A stretch of 64,000 bases of DNA from Oscillospiraceae bacterium (GTDB taxonomy: Bacteria; Bacillota; Clostridia; Oscillospirales; Oscillospiraceae). The DNA is taken from NCBI GenBank assembly GCA_017937195.1, contig JAGBEA010000048.1, positions 16,188 to 80,187 on the forward strand. Direction: 5' to 3'. The notes beneath the pieces were generated by a model. That model saw nothing but the letters and a program-made list of their open reading frames with translations, did no database searches and was not told the origin of the DNA. The position numbers were made by a program, and so were the translations under genes. Positions 35,094 through 45,413 of the stretch are shown here, one piece after another. Position 1 is the stretch's first letter. Each line of letters opens with the position of its first letter.

Positions 35094-36169
35094 TTGTCGA
35101 AACGACCGGTAAAGTCAGTGGAAGCCACGCCCTTGAGGGGCAGCTTGACCGCCTTGCCGGTGGCGGCAGACTGGTAGATGGCAAGGATCATTTCAAGGGC
35201 GTTGCGGCCGGCGACAGCATCCACATAGGGCTTGCGGTCGTGCTCGATGGCGTCCATCATATCGGCGAACAGACTGGTGTGACCGTTGCCGTACACATTG
35301 GAGGTGGCCTCCTGCAGACCCTTGTTCTTCTGATCGGCCTCGCTCTCGTCGGCGAAGTCCCATACGTCGATGTTGTTGGTGGAGGTGCCGCCGATCTTCA
35401 CCGTGCCGGTCTCGCCGAACAGATACAGCGTCTCCTCCAGATTCTTGGGATAGACATTGGTGGTGCCCTCGATGGTGCCCACAGCGCCGTTCTTGAACTT
35501 CACAACGGCCATACCGATGTCCTCGCACTCCAGATAGTCGTGGAACTGCTGCATGGTCACGCCGTAGACCTCGTCCACCTCGTCACCCATCATCCAGCGC
35601 AGCAGGTCGATGCCGTGGATGCACTGGTTCATCAGGCAGCCGCCGTCCTGCGCCCAGGTGCCGCGCCAGGGAGCCTGCGTGTAGTAGCCCTCGTTGCGGT
35701 TCCAGCGCACGTGGATGGAGCCGTGGGACAGACGGCCGAAGCGGCCTGCCTCCAGTGCCTGACGCAGCTCCTGCACGGCGATGTTGAAGCGGTTCTGATG
35801 GCAGGCAGCCACCTTGACGTGCTTTTCCTCGCTGCGGCGGATGATCTCCTCGGCGTCATCCATGCTCATAGCCATGGGCTTTTCGATGATGACATTGACG
35901 CCGTTGTCGATGCAGTGCAGTGCGATCTCGGCGTGGATGCCGCTCTCGGTGGCGATGGAAGCCAACGTGATGTCGTTCTCGGCGATCATCTGCTTGTAGT
36001 CGGTGTAGCGCTTGATGGAGGCGTCATTCTCCAGACCGTGCTTGGCGAGGAGTGCCTCCATGGCCTCGGGCAGCACATCGCATACTGCCACGATGTTCAG
36101 CTTGTTGTTCACCGCCGCCTTGATATGGTTGGTGGCGATACGGCCGCAGCCGATCAGTGCATAATTCAT
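35090..36169 (-). CDS. wbpB: UDP-GlcNAcA 3-dehydrogenase (Gfo/Idh/MocA family)
   Basis: GCGRIA, EKPMA, DGGCLMNQCIHGID motifs. Clustered with wbpA/D/E. Confidence 0.82.
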   Translation of the reverse strand: MNYALIGCGRIATNHIKAAVNNKLNIVAVCDVLPEAMEALLAKHGLENDASIKRYTDYKQMIAENDITLASIATESGIHAEIALHCIDNGVNVIIEKPMAMSMDDAEEIIRRSEEKHVKVAACHQNRFNIAVQELRQALEAGRFGRLSHGSIHVRWNRNEGYYTQAPWRGTWAQDGGCLMNQCIHGIDLLRWMMGDEVDEVYGVTMQQFHDYLECEDIGMAVVKFKNGAVGTIEGTTNVYPKNLEETLYLFGETGTVKIGGTSTNNIDVWDFADESEADQKNKGLQEATSNVYGNGHTSLFADMMDAIEHDRKPYVDAVAGRNALEMILAIYQSAATGKAVKLPLKGVASTDFTGRFDK

Positions 36170-36181
36170 ATCAGATTCTCC

Positions 36182-37297
36182 TTAATCATTCACAATCTCT
36201 TGGTAAAGGGCAAGGAGCTTCTGCTCCTCCACGCCCCAGTTGAATTCCTCACGGATGGCGCGCCGCCCATTTTCGCCCATACGCTTTACCTCGTCCGGAT
36301 CGTCCAGCAATCGGCGGATGACAGCGGCGATCTCGTCCGTATCCTCGGGGTCAACGCAGACGCCGAACTGATACTTTTCCACCATCCTATCGTTGTAGGG
36401 GTATTGGTTCAAAATCACCGGCAGCGCCAGCGACATCTGCTCAAAGACCTTGGTGGACAGATTCCAAGCCGTGTTGTACTGCCCGATATTCAGCAGTGTG
36501 GCGGCGCCCAGCTGACAGCGCTGCAGTGTTTCCAGCACCTGCGGGCGATCCAGCAGACCCAGATACACCACATGGTCAAACTCGGGCATGGCGCGCAGCT
36601 GTGCCTCGTACTCCGGCGATTCAAACGCACCGCCCAGATACAGCGTGCAGTCCGCCTTTGCCGCCGCCTGCACCAGATGGGTGATGCCGCGGTTGTGGGT
36701 CAGGCTGCCGATCTGGCAGACGCTGCGGGGATACTTTTGCACGGTGGGGTCATAGTGATCGTACAGCTCGTGCAGCATGGGCACATTGTCCACGATCGCC
36801 GTGTGGCGGCAGTACCCCTCAAAGGGGTCGCGCCCGTCCAGCAGGCAGGGGAAGACCAAGCCGTCCAGCCGGCGCAGGATATATTTTTGGTAGCGGTCAT
36901 AGATCTTTGCCACAAAGCCGCGGCAGAAAGCGGGGATATAGTGCTTGTGCTTGATCTGCTCGGCATAGAACTCGTGACTGTCGAAAATCACCTTCTTGCC
37001 CCGCCGCTTCAGCTTCAGCCCGAAGCCCAGCAGCTCCGGATCGTGGAGATGGTAGATATCCGCATCCACCTCCAGCGCCTTGCGATAGGCATTTTTACCG
37101 GCGTGCAAAAACCGGTCCAAGCGCCCCTTGGCAGGCGCGCCCAAGCCCACGAGATGGACGCCGTTCTTTTCATAGCTTTCGCCCACCTGCACCAGATACA
37201 CATCATATCCGGCCTTAGCCAGCGAAACGCACTCTTTATGGAAGATACGGATATCCTCACCGTCGTGGGCACTGGTGATGTGGCAAACTTTGGTCAT
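36182..37297 (-). CDS. GT4 glycosyltransferase
   Basis: DIRIFHKEC.SL, YHLHDPEL and TKVFEQM motifs. Confidence 0.88.
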   Translation of the reverse strand: MTKVCHITSAHDGEDIRIFHKECVSLAKAGYDVYLVQVGESYEKNGVHLVGLGAPAKGRLDRFLHAGKNAYRKALEVDADIYHLHDPELLGFGLKLKRRGKKVIFDSHEFYAEQIKHKHYIPAFCRGFVAKIYDRYQKYILRRLDGLVFPCLLDGRDPFEGYCRHTAIVDNVPMLHELYDHYDPTVQKYPRSVCQIGSLTHNRGITHLVQAAAKADCTLYLGGAFESPEYEAQLRAMPEFDHVVYLGLLDRPQVLETLQRCQLGAATLLNIGQYNTAWNLSTKVFEQMSLALPVILNQYPYNDRMVEKYQFGVCVDPEDTDEIAAVIRRLLDDPDEVKRMGENGRRAIREEFNWGVEEQKLLALYQEIVND

Positions 37298-37318
37298 AAA
37301 AAGCTCCTTGCGTGCTGC

Positions 37319-38638
37319 TTACAGCACCTCAATGTTTTCCTTGTTTTCGATATTCTTGGTCACGTTCTTGCAGTCGAACACGGGCACACCGGCGGAGCAG
37401 ACCATCTCATAGTCCACAGTGGTGTGACCGGTGGTGATGATGACCATGTCATAGCCGCGGATGATCTCGGGGGAGATCTCCTTGAGACCCTCGAACCACT
37501 GACCCTTCTCGCGGTACTTGGGCACGAAGGGATCGTAGAAGTCCACGTTGGCGCCGGTCTTGTGGAACTCGTTGATAACGTGGATGGCGGGACTCTCGCG
37601 GTAGTCGTCGATATCCTGCTTGTAAGCCACGCCCAGCACCAGCACCTTGGCGCCGTTGAGTGCCTTCTTGTGGCGGTTGAGGATCTTGCCGCTGCGCTCC
37701 ACGGTGTACTCGGGCATACGGTCGTTGATCATCATGGAGGCCTCGATCATGGAGGTGTGGAAGCCGAACTCGCGTGCCTTCCAGCTCAGATAGTAGGGAT
37801 CCAGAGGGATGCAGTGACCGCCCAGACCGGGGCCGGGATAGAAGGCCTGGAAGCCGTAGGGCTTGGTCTTGGCAGCGTCGATGACCTCCCAGATGTTGAT
37901 GCCCATCTTGTTGCACAGAATGGCCAGCTCGTTCACCAGACCGATGTTGATGTTGCGGTAGGTGTTCTCCAGGATCTTCTCCATCTCCGCCACGGCGGGG
38001 GAGGACACGGTGTGCACATCGCCCTCGAGAATGGCGCGGTAAACCATGGAAATGACTTCGGCGGCATCGTCACCGATAGCGCCTACGACCTTGGGGGTGT
38101 TGCTGGTCTTGTACACCAGATTGCCCGGATCCACGCGCTCGGGGGAGAAGCCCAGATAGAAGTCCTCGCCGCACTTGAGACCGCTGCCCTGCTCCAGAAT
38201 GGGCTTGAGCAGCTCCTCGGTGGTGCCGGGATAGGTGGTGGACTCCAGCACCACCATGGTGCCGGGCTTGAGATACTTGGCGATCTCGATGGTGGAGTTC
38301 TTCACATAGCTGATGTCAGGCTGCTGGTGAGCATCCAGAGGGGTGGGCACGCAGATGGCGATGAAGTCCACATCGCACACGCGGGAGAAATCGGTGGTGG
38401 CGCTGAGCATACCGCTCTCCACCAGCTCCTTCAGCTCGGCGTCCACAACGTCGCCGATGTAGTTCTGGCCGGCGTTGACCAGATCCACCTTCTCCTGCTG
38501 CACGTCAAAACCGATGGTCTTGAAGCCGTGACGAGCCTTGTCCACTGCCAGAGGCAGACCCACATAGCCCAGACCGCAAACGCCCATGGTCAGGGTCTTG
38601 TCCTGAATTTTCTTGATCAGAGTTTCTTTCATCGTCAT
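37319..38638 (-). CDS. wbpA: UDP-N-acetylglucosamine 6-dehydrogenase
   Basis: GLGYVGLP, ICVPTP, LESTTYPGTT, FSPERVDPGN and GLGGHCIP motifs. Confidence 0.88.
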   Translation of the reverse strand: MTMKETLIKKIQDKTLTMGVCGLGYVGLPLAVDKARHGFKTIGFDVQQEKVDLVNAGQNYIGDVVDAELKELVESGMLSATTDFSRVCDVDFIAICVPTPLDAHQQPDISYVKNSTIEIAKYLKPGTMVVLESTTYPGTTEELLKPILEQGSGLKCGEDFYLGFSPERVDPGNLVYKTSNTPKVVGAIGDDAAEVISMVYRAILEGDVHTVSSPAVAEMEKILENTYRNINIGLVNELAILCNKMGINIWEVIDAAKTKPYGFQAFYPGPGLGGHCIPLDPYYLSWKAREFGFHTSMIEASMMINDRMPEYTVERSGKILNRHKKALNGAKVLVLGVAYKQDIDDYRESPAIHVINEFHKTGANVDFYDPFVPKYREKGQWFEGLKEISPEIIRGYDMVIITTGHTTVDYEMVCSAGVPVFDCKNVTKNIENKENIEVL

Positions 38639-38639
38639 A

Positions 38640-39221
38640 TTAGTCGATCTCCTCTACTTTTTTATTTTCATTCATTTTATATTCTTTACCGCAGGCGGCG
38701 CAGGTAGCCTTGCCGTCTGTAAAATGCAGTTTGCCGCCGCACTGGCACACATAGCCCATCACCTTGGCGGGGGTGCCGTATACCATAGCGTAGTCGGGTA
38801 CATCGCGGGTCACCACGCTGCCGGCGCCGACGAAAGCATACTTGCCGATATCGTGTCCGCAGACGATGGTGGCGTTGGCGCCGATGCTGGCGCCCTTTTT
38901 CACTGTGGTCTTGCGATATTCATCCTTGCGTTCGATGAAAGCGCGGGGGTTGATCACATTGGTGAACACGCAGGAGGGGCCCAAAAACACGCCGTCCTCA
39001 CAGATCACGCCGGTGTAGACGGACACGTTGTTCTGGATCTTGCAGCCCTCGCCCAGCACCACATCGGGGGAAATGACCACATTCTGACCGATGTTGCACT
39101 TTTTGCCGATCTTGCAGCCCTTCATAATGTGGGAGAAGTGCCAGATCTTGGTGCCCTCACCGATCTGACAGCCCTCGTCAACATAGCTGGACTCGTGGAC
39201 GAAATAGTTCTTCTCCATCAC
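38640..39221 (-). CDS. wbpD: N-acetyltransferase (hexapeptide repeat)
   Basis: [18 protein letters not shown] and [13 protein letters not shown] motifs. Confidence 0.88.
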   Translation of the reverse strand: MMEKNYFVHESSYVDEGCQIGEGTKIWHFSHIMKGCKIGKKCNIGQNVVISPDVVLGEGCKIQNNVSVYTGVICEDGVFLGPSCVFTNVINPRAFIERKDEYRKTTVKKGASIGANATIVCGHDIGKYAFVGAGSVVTRDVPDYAMVYGTPAKVMGYVCQCGGKLHFTDGKATCAACGKEYKMNENKKVEEID

Positions 39222-40345
39222 AGCGCCTCCAGAACCGCGTCGATCACCAGCTGCTGTTCCTCTGCGCTGAGGTAGGGGTGCATAGGCAGAGAGAAGGTGC
39301 GGCTGCAGTAATCGTTGGCATTTTTGAATTCCTCACCGTAGGTAGGCTCATTCTTGAACACCGGCAGCGCGTGCTGGGGCGTGGGATAGTAGATCATATT
39401 GGGGATGTTCTTTTCCTTCAGGTGTGCGATGATGCGGTCACGCTGCTCCGTATCGGCAGCCAGCGCGGCATACTGCGCCCACACGGACACGCAGCCGTCC
39501 AGCACGAAGGGGGTGACGCACTTGCCGGCAAAGGCGGTGTTGTAGCGGCCTGCTACCACCTGACGGGCGTCCACCTCGTAGTCCGCCAATGCGCGGAACT
39601 TGGGCAGCAGGATGGCTGCCTGCAGCGTGTCAAGGCGGGAGTTCATACCCACGCGGATGTTGTCATACTTACCGCCGGGACCCTTGCCGTGTACGCAGAT
39701 GGAGCGGCACAGATCGGCGATGGTATCGTCATCGGTGAAGATGGCGCCGCCGTCACCGTAGCAGCCCAGAGGCTTGGCGGGGAAGAAGGAGGTGGTGGCC
39801 ATCTGACCGAAGGCGCAGCACTTCTTGCCCTTGTAGGAAGCGCCGAAGCTCTGTGCGCCGTCCTCGATGAGGACGAGTCCGTACTTCTCGCAGATGGGGA
39901 TGATGGCGTCGTAGTCGCAGGGGTTGCCCAGAATATCCACCGCCACCACAGCCTTGGGGGTCAGCTTGCCCTCGGCAAGAACCGCCTTGATCTGGCGCTC
40001 CAGACTCTCGGGGCAGAGGGTGTAGGTATCGGGGGTGATGTCGCAGAACACGGAGGCCGCGCCGAACATCTTGGCCGGCTCGGTGGAGGAGATGAAGGTC
40101 ATATCGGGGCAGAACACCGCGTCACCCTCGCCCACACCGGCGATCATAAAGGCCACCTGCAGCGCGTCCGTACCGTTGGCGCAGGAGATGCAGTGCTTGC
40201 GGCCCACAAAGGCGGCCAGCTGCTGCTCCAGCTCCTTCACCTGCGGACCGCTGATAAACTGCGCGGCGTCCAGCACGGACTGGATGTTGGCGTTGATCTC
40301 GTCCTTCAAAGCCGCATACTGCGCCTTCAAATCAATAAATTGCAT
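39218..40345 (-). CDS. wbpE: DegT/DnrJ aminotransferase
   Basis: [10 protein letters not shown] start, [25 protein letters not shown]. Confidence 0.85.
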   Translation of the reverse strand: MQFIDLKAQYAALKDEINANIQSVLDAAQFISGPQVKELEQQLAAFVGRKHCISCANGTDALQVAFMIAGVGEGDAVFCPDMTFISSTEPAKMFGAASVFCDITPDTYTLCPESLERQIKAVLAEGKLTPKAVVAVDILGNPCDYDAIIPICEKYGLVLIEDGAQSFGASYKGKKCCAFGQMATTSFFPAKPLGCYGDGGAIFTDDDTIADLCRSICVHGKGPGGKYDNIRVGMNSRLDTLQAAILLPKFRALADYEVDARQVVAGRYNTAFAGKCVTPFVLDGCVSVWAQYAALAADTEQRDRIIAHLKEKNIPNMIYYPTPQHALPVFKNEPTYGEEFKNANDYCSRTFSLPMHPYLSAEEQQLVIDAVLEAL

Positions 40346-40349
40346 ATCG

Positions 40350-41249
40350 TTATCCTTCTTTCTTTACAAACGGTCTGGCGGGGTTGCCCACCACGGTTTG
40401 ATGATTTTCTACATTTTTGGTGACAACAGAGCCCATACCCACAAAGGCATCCTTGCCGATACGAAGCTGATTACGAACCAAAGCGCCCACCAGATAAGCG
40501 CCCTCCTCCACCGTCACGCTGCCAAAGAAGCGGCAGCCGCCCACGGCCACGGAGTTCTTTTCGAAGCGGCAGTTGTGGGAGATCTGGGTCAGCGCGTCCA
40601 GCCGCACACCGTCACCGATGTAGGTGTCATCCAGTGTGCCGCGGCAAACGGTGCTGTTCTCGCCGATCATCACATTGCGCCCGATCCACACACCGCCGAA
40701 GTGGCGGATGGGGATCTTGTTGTGGTGCTCGTCCTCGGTGTAGCTGATGCTGTCATCGTGTCCGATCACCACGCCGGAGCGGATCTCGGTGTTTTCACCG
40801 ATGACCACGCGGTTCACCATGGTCACATTGCTGCCGATCACGGCGTTGTCGCCGATGGTGATCTCGCCGTCCAGCGAGCAGTTGTGCCCGATGCGCACAT
40901 TCTTACCCAGCTTTACCTGCGGTGAGAGATAGGTGTTCGCGCCGATGGCAGGCGCGGTATCGGCAGGGGCATAGAAATGCTCCAGCACGCCGAAAAAGGC
41001 GCGGCGGGAAAGGGGGGAGGTGATGGTGTTGGCAAAATTGCCCTCCACATCCTCGGAAACGATGGCCAGACGGATCTGACTAAGATCCGCGTCCTGCGGC
41101 AGATTTTCCGCCTTCTTGACCCACGTCATACTGCCGCACTTGTAATGCGCCAGCGAGGAGAAGCCGTCCACGGTGTCACATTCGTTGCCGCGGAAGGTGA
41201 AGGGGATGTTTTCTTGCCGCAGATAGGCCAGAATATCGGCTATTTGCAT
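40350..41249 (-). CDS. LpxD-like hexapeptide N-acyltransferase
   Basis: HFGGV.IG..V.IGENSTVCRGTLDDT.IGDGV.LD...QISHN resembles the LpxD C-terminal region. LpxD-type N-terminal domain present. Confidence 0.75.
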   Translation of the reverse strand: MQIADILAYLRQENIPFTFRGNECDTVDGFSSLAHYKCGSMTWVKKAENLPQDADLSQIRLAIVSEDVEGNFANTITSPLSRRAFFGVLEHFYAPADTAPAIGANTYLSPQVKLGKNVRIGHNCSLDGEITIGDNAVIGSNVTMVNRVVIGENTEIRSGVVIGHDDSISYTEDEHHNKIPIRHFGGVWIGRNVMIGENSTVCRGTLDDTYIGDGVRLDALTQISHNCRFEKNSVAVGGCRFFGSVTVEEGAYLVGALVRNQLRIGKDAFVGMGSVVTKNVENHQTVVGNPARPFVKKEG

Positions 41250-41252
41250 AGG

Positions 41253-41978
41253 TCAGACCTCGCTTCTGTGCAGAATGTCTTCAATACTGCGGATGTTTTC
41301 CGCCATCTGGTCATAGCGCTCCAGATTGGCGCTGCGGACGAAGCGCCCGACGGCGTCGCTGATGGTCTCCTCCTGATCGCCGTACCAAAAGGCGTGGGTC
41401 AGGATGTGGAGCTTGTCATACGCGCCGCTGCGGATGATATCCAGCACCGGCTCACGCCAGTTGCGGCGGCTGTCGGACAGATATTTGAAGTCGCGGAAGA
41501 ATTCCTCTCCGTAGGAGTTGACCAAACCATCCACCTGCAGATCCTTTTCCAATGTCAGGCGGTTGGGACGGTGCATGGAGAAGCAGCGCACGGGGGACTG
41601 GCAGATCTCGCTCAGCAGCGCCGCCTCCACCCGGATCCATTCGCCCAGCGTTTCGGCGCCGCAGTCGCGATAAGCCACCTCGTCAAAGTGCAGACCCACC
41701 TCGTGACCCATATCACGGATCTGACGCAGCAGATCCAGCGTGCGCTTGGAGGCAGGGTTGTAGAAATCGGTGCGCAGCAGAACGAAGTAGGTGGACTTCA
41801 CGCCCATCTCCTGCTCCACCTGTGCCAGCTTGACGGCGCGTTCCATGCTGTAGTCGATGTCGTGGCGCAGGATGACGCGCTTGTCGTTGCCTTCGTGATC
41901 GAAATAACCGCAGAAGCGGTAACCCTCATTTCTCAGCAGCGTGATCAGATCACGATACGCCGCATATGTGAATTCCAT
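41253..41978 (-). CDS. Polysaccharide deacetylase-like protein
   Basis: LRHDID and HEVGLHFD metal-binding motifs. Confidence 0.7.
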   Translation of the reverse strand: MEFTYAAYRDLITLLRNEGYRFCGYFDHEGNDKRVILRHDIDYSMERAVKLAQVEQEMGVKSTYFVLLRTDFYNPASKRTLDLLRQIRDMGHEVGLHFDEVAYRDCGAETLGEWIRVEAALLSEICQSPVRCFSMHRPNRLTLEKDLQVDGLVNSYGEEFFRDFKYLSDSRRNWREPVLDIIRSGAYDKLHILTHAFWYGDQEETISDAVGRFVRSANLERYDQMAENIRSIEDILHRSEV

Positions 41979-42003
41979 TTGTGTTTATCTCCTCAAACAG
42001 TAG

Positions 42004-43227
42004 TTAATCTCTTTTCTCGATGGTGTCAGCCAGCATCTGTGTCAGATGGGCAAAGCTGTAATGCTCCGCCGCCTGCTGTGCGCCCTGACACATTTGGGCG
42101 TAGTCCTGCTCACTCAGTGCCAGCACCTGCTGCAGACCCTGCAGCAAGGAGGCGGCATCCGGCGGACAGATCACAGCGCAGCCGTAGGGCGCGGCCGGAT
42201 TGTAGTTCCCCTCAAAACCCATCAAAATCGGCTTGCCCGCGGCAAAATATTCAAACAGCTTGTTGGAGCTGATGCCGTAGCGTGCGATGGCATCGGTAAA
42301 GGGATCGAGATAGTTCAGATCCGCCTTGCCGGTGATGTAGGGGATGTATTTTTTCTCCACACGCCCCTTGAACACCACATTGGTGATGTTCTCATCCACC
42401 AGCCGCTGACGGAGCATCTCCACCTCGTCGCCTGCGCCCCAGATCAGGAAACGCACCTTGGGATCGGTCACTTCCTTGGCCACATCCAGCAGCATGCCGA
42501 TGTCGTTGGCCTTGCGGATGGAGCCTGCGTAGACCACCTTGAAGGTGTCGGGATCGTTGAGATCGGGATCGTCCACGGTGAAATGCTCGCGGTTGTAGCG
42601 GAACTGCTCCAGATCCACACCGTTGTTGATAAAACGCACCTTGCTGCGGGGGATCTCTTTGTCCCAGCCCTGCTGCAAAATGTAGTCGTAAGCGCCCTCC
42701 ATGGTGAACACCACGGCGTCGGCTTTCTTGTAGATCCACTTCTCCAGCCAGCGCAGCACGATCACCGCGGGATGGCGGGGCCCAGCCACGCCGTAGACGA
42801 TCAGGCTCTCAGGCCAGAGGTCTGCGATCTCGGCGATGCCGCGGCAGCCGTACTTGCGGGCAAGACGCACGCCCATAGCGCAGGAGGTGGGGGGCATGGA
42901 GGTGGCAACGATGGCGTCGGGCTTTTTCAGCTTTCTGCAAACGGAAGGCAGCTTCCACGCAAACTCACAGATGTTGTAGATGCGCTTGAGCCCGTTGCCG
43001 TTGTAGTCCATACACTTGATGTAGACATAGTGCACACCGTCCACCGTCTCCTCCCGCCAGCGCGAGCTGTCGGTGATAAGATTCATATCGGAGTTGTGCA
43101 CGGTGCTGGCGGCGATGATGGTCACCTGGTGTCCCATCGCCATCAGATGCTTGGCGAAAATGGTCTGCCGCGCCAGCGGATAGTACATAGGCGGCACAGC
43201 ATAGTGGTTAATCAGCCAGATATTCAT
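42004..43227 (-). CDS. GT4 glycosyltransferase (WbuB-like)
   Basis: EIADLWPESL, YAGSI and SNKLFEYFAAGKP motifs. Confidence 0.88.
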   Translation of the reverse strand: MNIWLINHYAVPPMYYPLARQTIFAKHLMAMGHQVTIIAASTVHNSDMNLITDSSRWREETVDGVHYVYIKCMDYNGNGLKRIYNICEFAWKLPSVCRKLKKPDAIVATSMPPTSCAMGVRLARKYGCRGIAEIADLWPESLIVYGVAGPRHPAVIVLRWLEKWIYKKADAVVFTMEGAYDYILQQGWDKEIPRSKVRFINNGVDLEQFRYNREHFTVDDPDLNDPDTFKVVYAGSIRKANDIGMLLDVAKEVTDPKVRFLIWGAGDEVEMLRQRLVDENITNVVFKGRVEKKYIPYITGKADLNYLDPFTDAIARYGISSNKLFEYFAAGKPILMGFEGNYNPAAPYGCAVICPPDAASLLQGLQQVLALSEQDYAQMCQGAQQAAEHYSFAHLTQMLADTIEKRD

Positions 43228-43244
43228 AATAACCTCACAGCAGC

Positions 43245-43949
43245 TTAAAGGTCGTTATACTCCTTGCCCAGCACCGCGAAAACGGTGCGGAACATGGTGC
43301 GGATATCGCCCCAGAAGCTGAATTTTTCAATAGCGCGCAGATTGTAGCGCATTTTGGCAGGCAGCACGGTCTGGATGTAGGTCTCATCCACGTTCTCCGC
43401 CTTGTCCAGCAGCTGGCTCTCGTCCTTGTAGAGGATGCTGGCCTCGCTGGTCACGCCTGCACGCAGCAGCAGCGTTGCCATCATCTCGTCGGTGTAGGCA
43501 GCCACATACTTAGGCACCTCGGGGCGTGTGCCCACAAAGGTCATGGTGCCGCGGAAGATGTCGATCAGCTGGCACAGCTCGTCCAGCCGGCAGCTGCGGA
43601 TCAGCCTGCCCACTCTCGTCACGCGGCTGTCACCGCTGACCGTCACCTGCGAGCCGAGCTTGTCGGCGTTGTTGACCATACTGCGGAACTTGAAGATGCG
43701 AAACTCCTTGCCGTACTGGGTCACACGCACCTGCCGGAAGAACACCGGACCGGGGGAATCCAGCTTGATGGCGATGGCCAGCAGCAAAAACACCGGCGAT
43801 AGCACCACCAGCATCACGGCGGACACCGCGATGTCGAACAGCCGCTTGCACACAAGGCTGCCCCGCTTTTTATTCAGAATGTCGTAGTAGGGGCGCACAG
43901 CCTCGGTTTGCAGCTCGGGCGGCAGCTCCTCCCATTTTTTCAAAATCAT
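43245..43949 (-). CDS. Initiating sugar-phosphate transferase (Bac_transf)
   Basis: KRLFDI, FRIFKFRSM, LDELCQL and VGTRPEV motifs. Confidence 0.92.
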   Translation of the reverse strand: MILKKWEELPPELQTEAVRPYYDILNKKRGSLVCKRLFDIAVSAVMLVVLSPVFLLLAIAIKLDSPGPVFFRQVRVTQYGKEFRIFKFRSMVNNADKLGSQVTVSGDSRVTRVGRLIRSCRLDELCQLIDIFRGTMTFVGTRPEVPKYVAAYTDEMMATLLLRAGVTSEASILYKDESQLLDKAENVDETYIQTVLPAKMRYNLRAIEKFSFWGDIRTMFRTVFAVLGKEYNDL

Positions 43950-45151
43950 TTCAGATACTCTTTCAGTACATCGGTATAGCACGCGATCACATAGTCCACC
44001 TGCTCATCGGTGAGTTTGGTGTGCAGGGGCAGGGTGATCTCGTTGGCAAACATGGCGTAGGCGTTGGGGAAATCGGCGATGTCAAAGCCCATATTCTTGT
44101 AGGCGGTCAGCATCGCCAAAGGCTTGTAATGCACGTTGCAGGCCACGCCCAGCTGCGCCATCTTGGTGATGATGTCATTGCGCTGCTCGGGGGTGATACC
44201 CGGCACGCGGGTGAGATACAGATGCCCCGAGGACTGATGGGTGTCGGTATAGTGGGGCAGCGTCTTCACGCCCAGCGGACGGAAGGCAGCGTCATAGCGC
44301 TCAATGATCTGGCGGCGGCGCTGCAGCATCCCCTCATAGCGCTGCATCTGCACAAGACCGAGGGCGGCAGCCACGTCGGTCATATTGCACTTGTACCACG
44401 GTCCGATGATGTCGTATTCCCACGCGCCCAGCTTGGTCTTGGCAAGGGCGTCCTTGGACTGTCCGTGCAGACTCAAAAGCTGCAGCTGCTTGTAGATCTC
44501 CTCGTTGTCGATGCCCTCAATGGTGCGCCAAGTCAGCGCACCGCCCTCAGCGGTGGTCAGATTCTTCACCGCATGGAAGGAGAAGGAGGAGAAGTCCGCC
44601 AGTGCGCCGGTGTGCTTGCCCTTGCGCACAGCGCCGAAGGAGTGTGCGGTGTCCGCCATCACGGCGATGCGCCCCAGTGCCTGCTGCACGGGGGACTCGG
44701 CGCGGAACAGATGGCGTTTGCGCTCCACGATCTCATAGATGCGATCATAGTCGCAGGGGATGCCGCCCAGATCCACGGGGATGATGGCCTTGGTCTTTTC
44801 GGTGATGGCATCTTCCAGCTTGTCATAGTCCATCTCCAGACAGCCGCACTGGGTATCCACCAGCACGGGGGTCGCGCCCACGTGGCAGATGACAGATGCG
44901 CTGGCGGTGTAGGTGTATACGCTGGTGATCACCTCGTCGCCGCTCTTTACGCCCAGCACGTGCAGCGCCATCTCGGCGCAGGCGGTCTGGGAGTTCAGGC
45001 ACACGGCGCGCTCTGTACCGCACAAGGCGGCAACCTGCCGCTCCAGCTCCTTGGTGCGCGGACCGGTGGTGATCCAGCCCGAGCGCAGCGCCTCGGCGAC
45101 TTCGGCAATTTCAGCCTCCGTTATATCGGGAGGAGAGAAGGGAATATTCAT
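43946..45151 (-). CDS. DegT/DnrJ/EryC1 aminotransferase
   Basis: IPFSPPDI, SGWITTGP and FSFHAVKNLTTAEGG motifs. Confidence 0.92.
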   Translation of the reverse strand: MNIPFSPPDITEAEIAEVAEALRSGWITTGPRTKELERQVAALCGTERAVCLNSQTACAEMALHVLGVKSGDEVITSVYTYTASASVICHVGATPVLVDTQCGCLEMDYDKLEDAITEKTKAIIPVDLGGIPCDYDRIYEIVERKRHLFRAESPVQQALGRIAVMADTAHSFGAVRKGKHTGALADFSSFSFHAVKNLTTAEGGALTWRTIEGIDNEEIYKQLQLLSLHGQSKDALAKTKLGAWEYDIIGPWYKCNMTDVAAALGLVQMQRYEGMLQRRRQIIERYDAAFRPLGVKTLPHYTDTHQSSGHLYLTRVPGITPEQRNDIITKMAQLGVACNVHYKPLAMLTAYKNMGFDIADFPNAYAMFANEITLPLHTKLTDEQVDYVIACYTDVLKEYLK

Positions 45152-45226
45152 CGATTTTGTACCTCCAATAGTTCAGCTTGACCACAAATTGGTCACACTA
45201 ACCCAAATTACATATCAATTCAATTT

Positions 45227-45255
45227 AGTATACCACTCCTAATCTAAAGTGTCAA
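45227..45255 (-). promoter_or_regulatory. Consensus sigmaA promoter of the polysaccharide locus
   Basis: Minus strand TTGACA-17 nt-TATACT with an extended TG. TGACC-N7-GGTCA palindrome downstream at 45179-45195. Confidence 0.75.
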
Positions 45256-45413
45256 ACATAACAAGGGCGCAAAGCATAGAAATAGCGGGGAAAACGGCGC
45301 ATTTTTTTGTATAGCTTTTTGCTTGGATTTCTGTGGGCGTCGCGGCAGGAATGGCTTGCCAATTTGCGCCGCGGAGGGTATGATAGAGGCAGAATAGAAA
45401 AGGGGGGTGCGCG

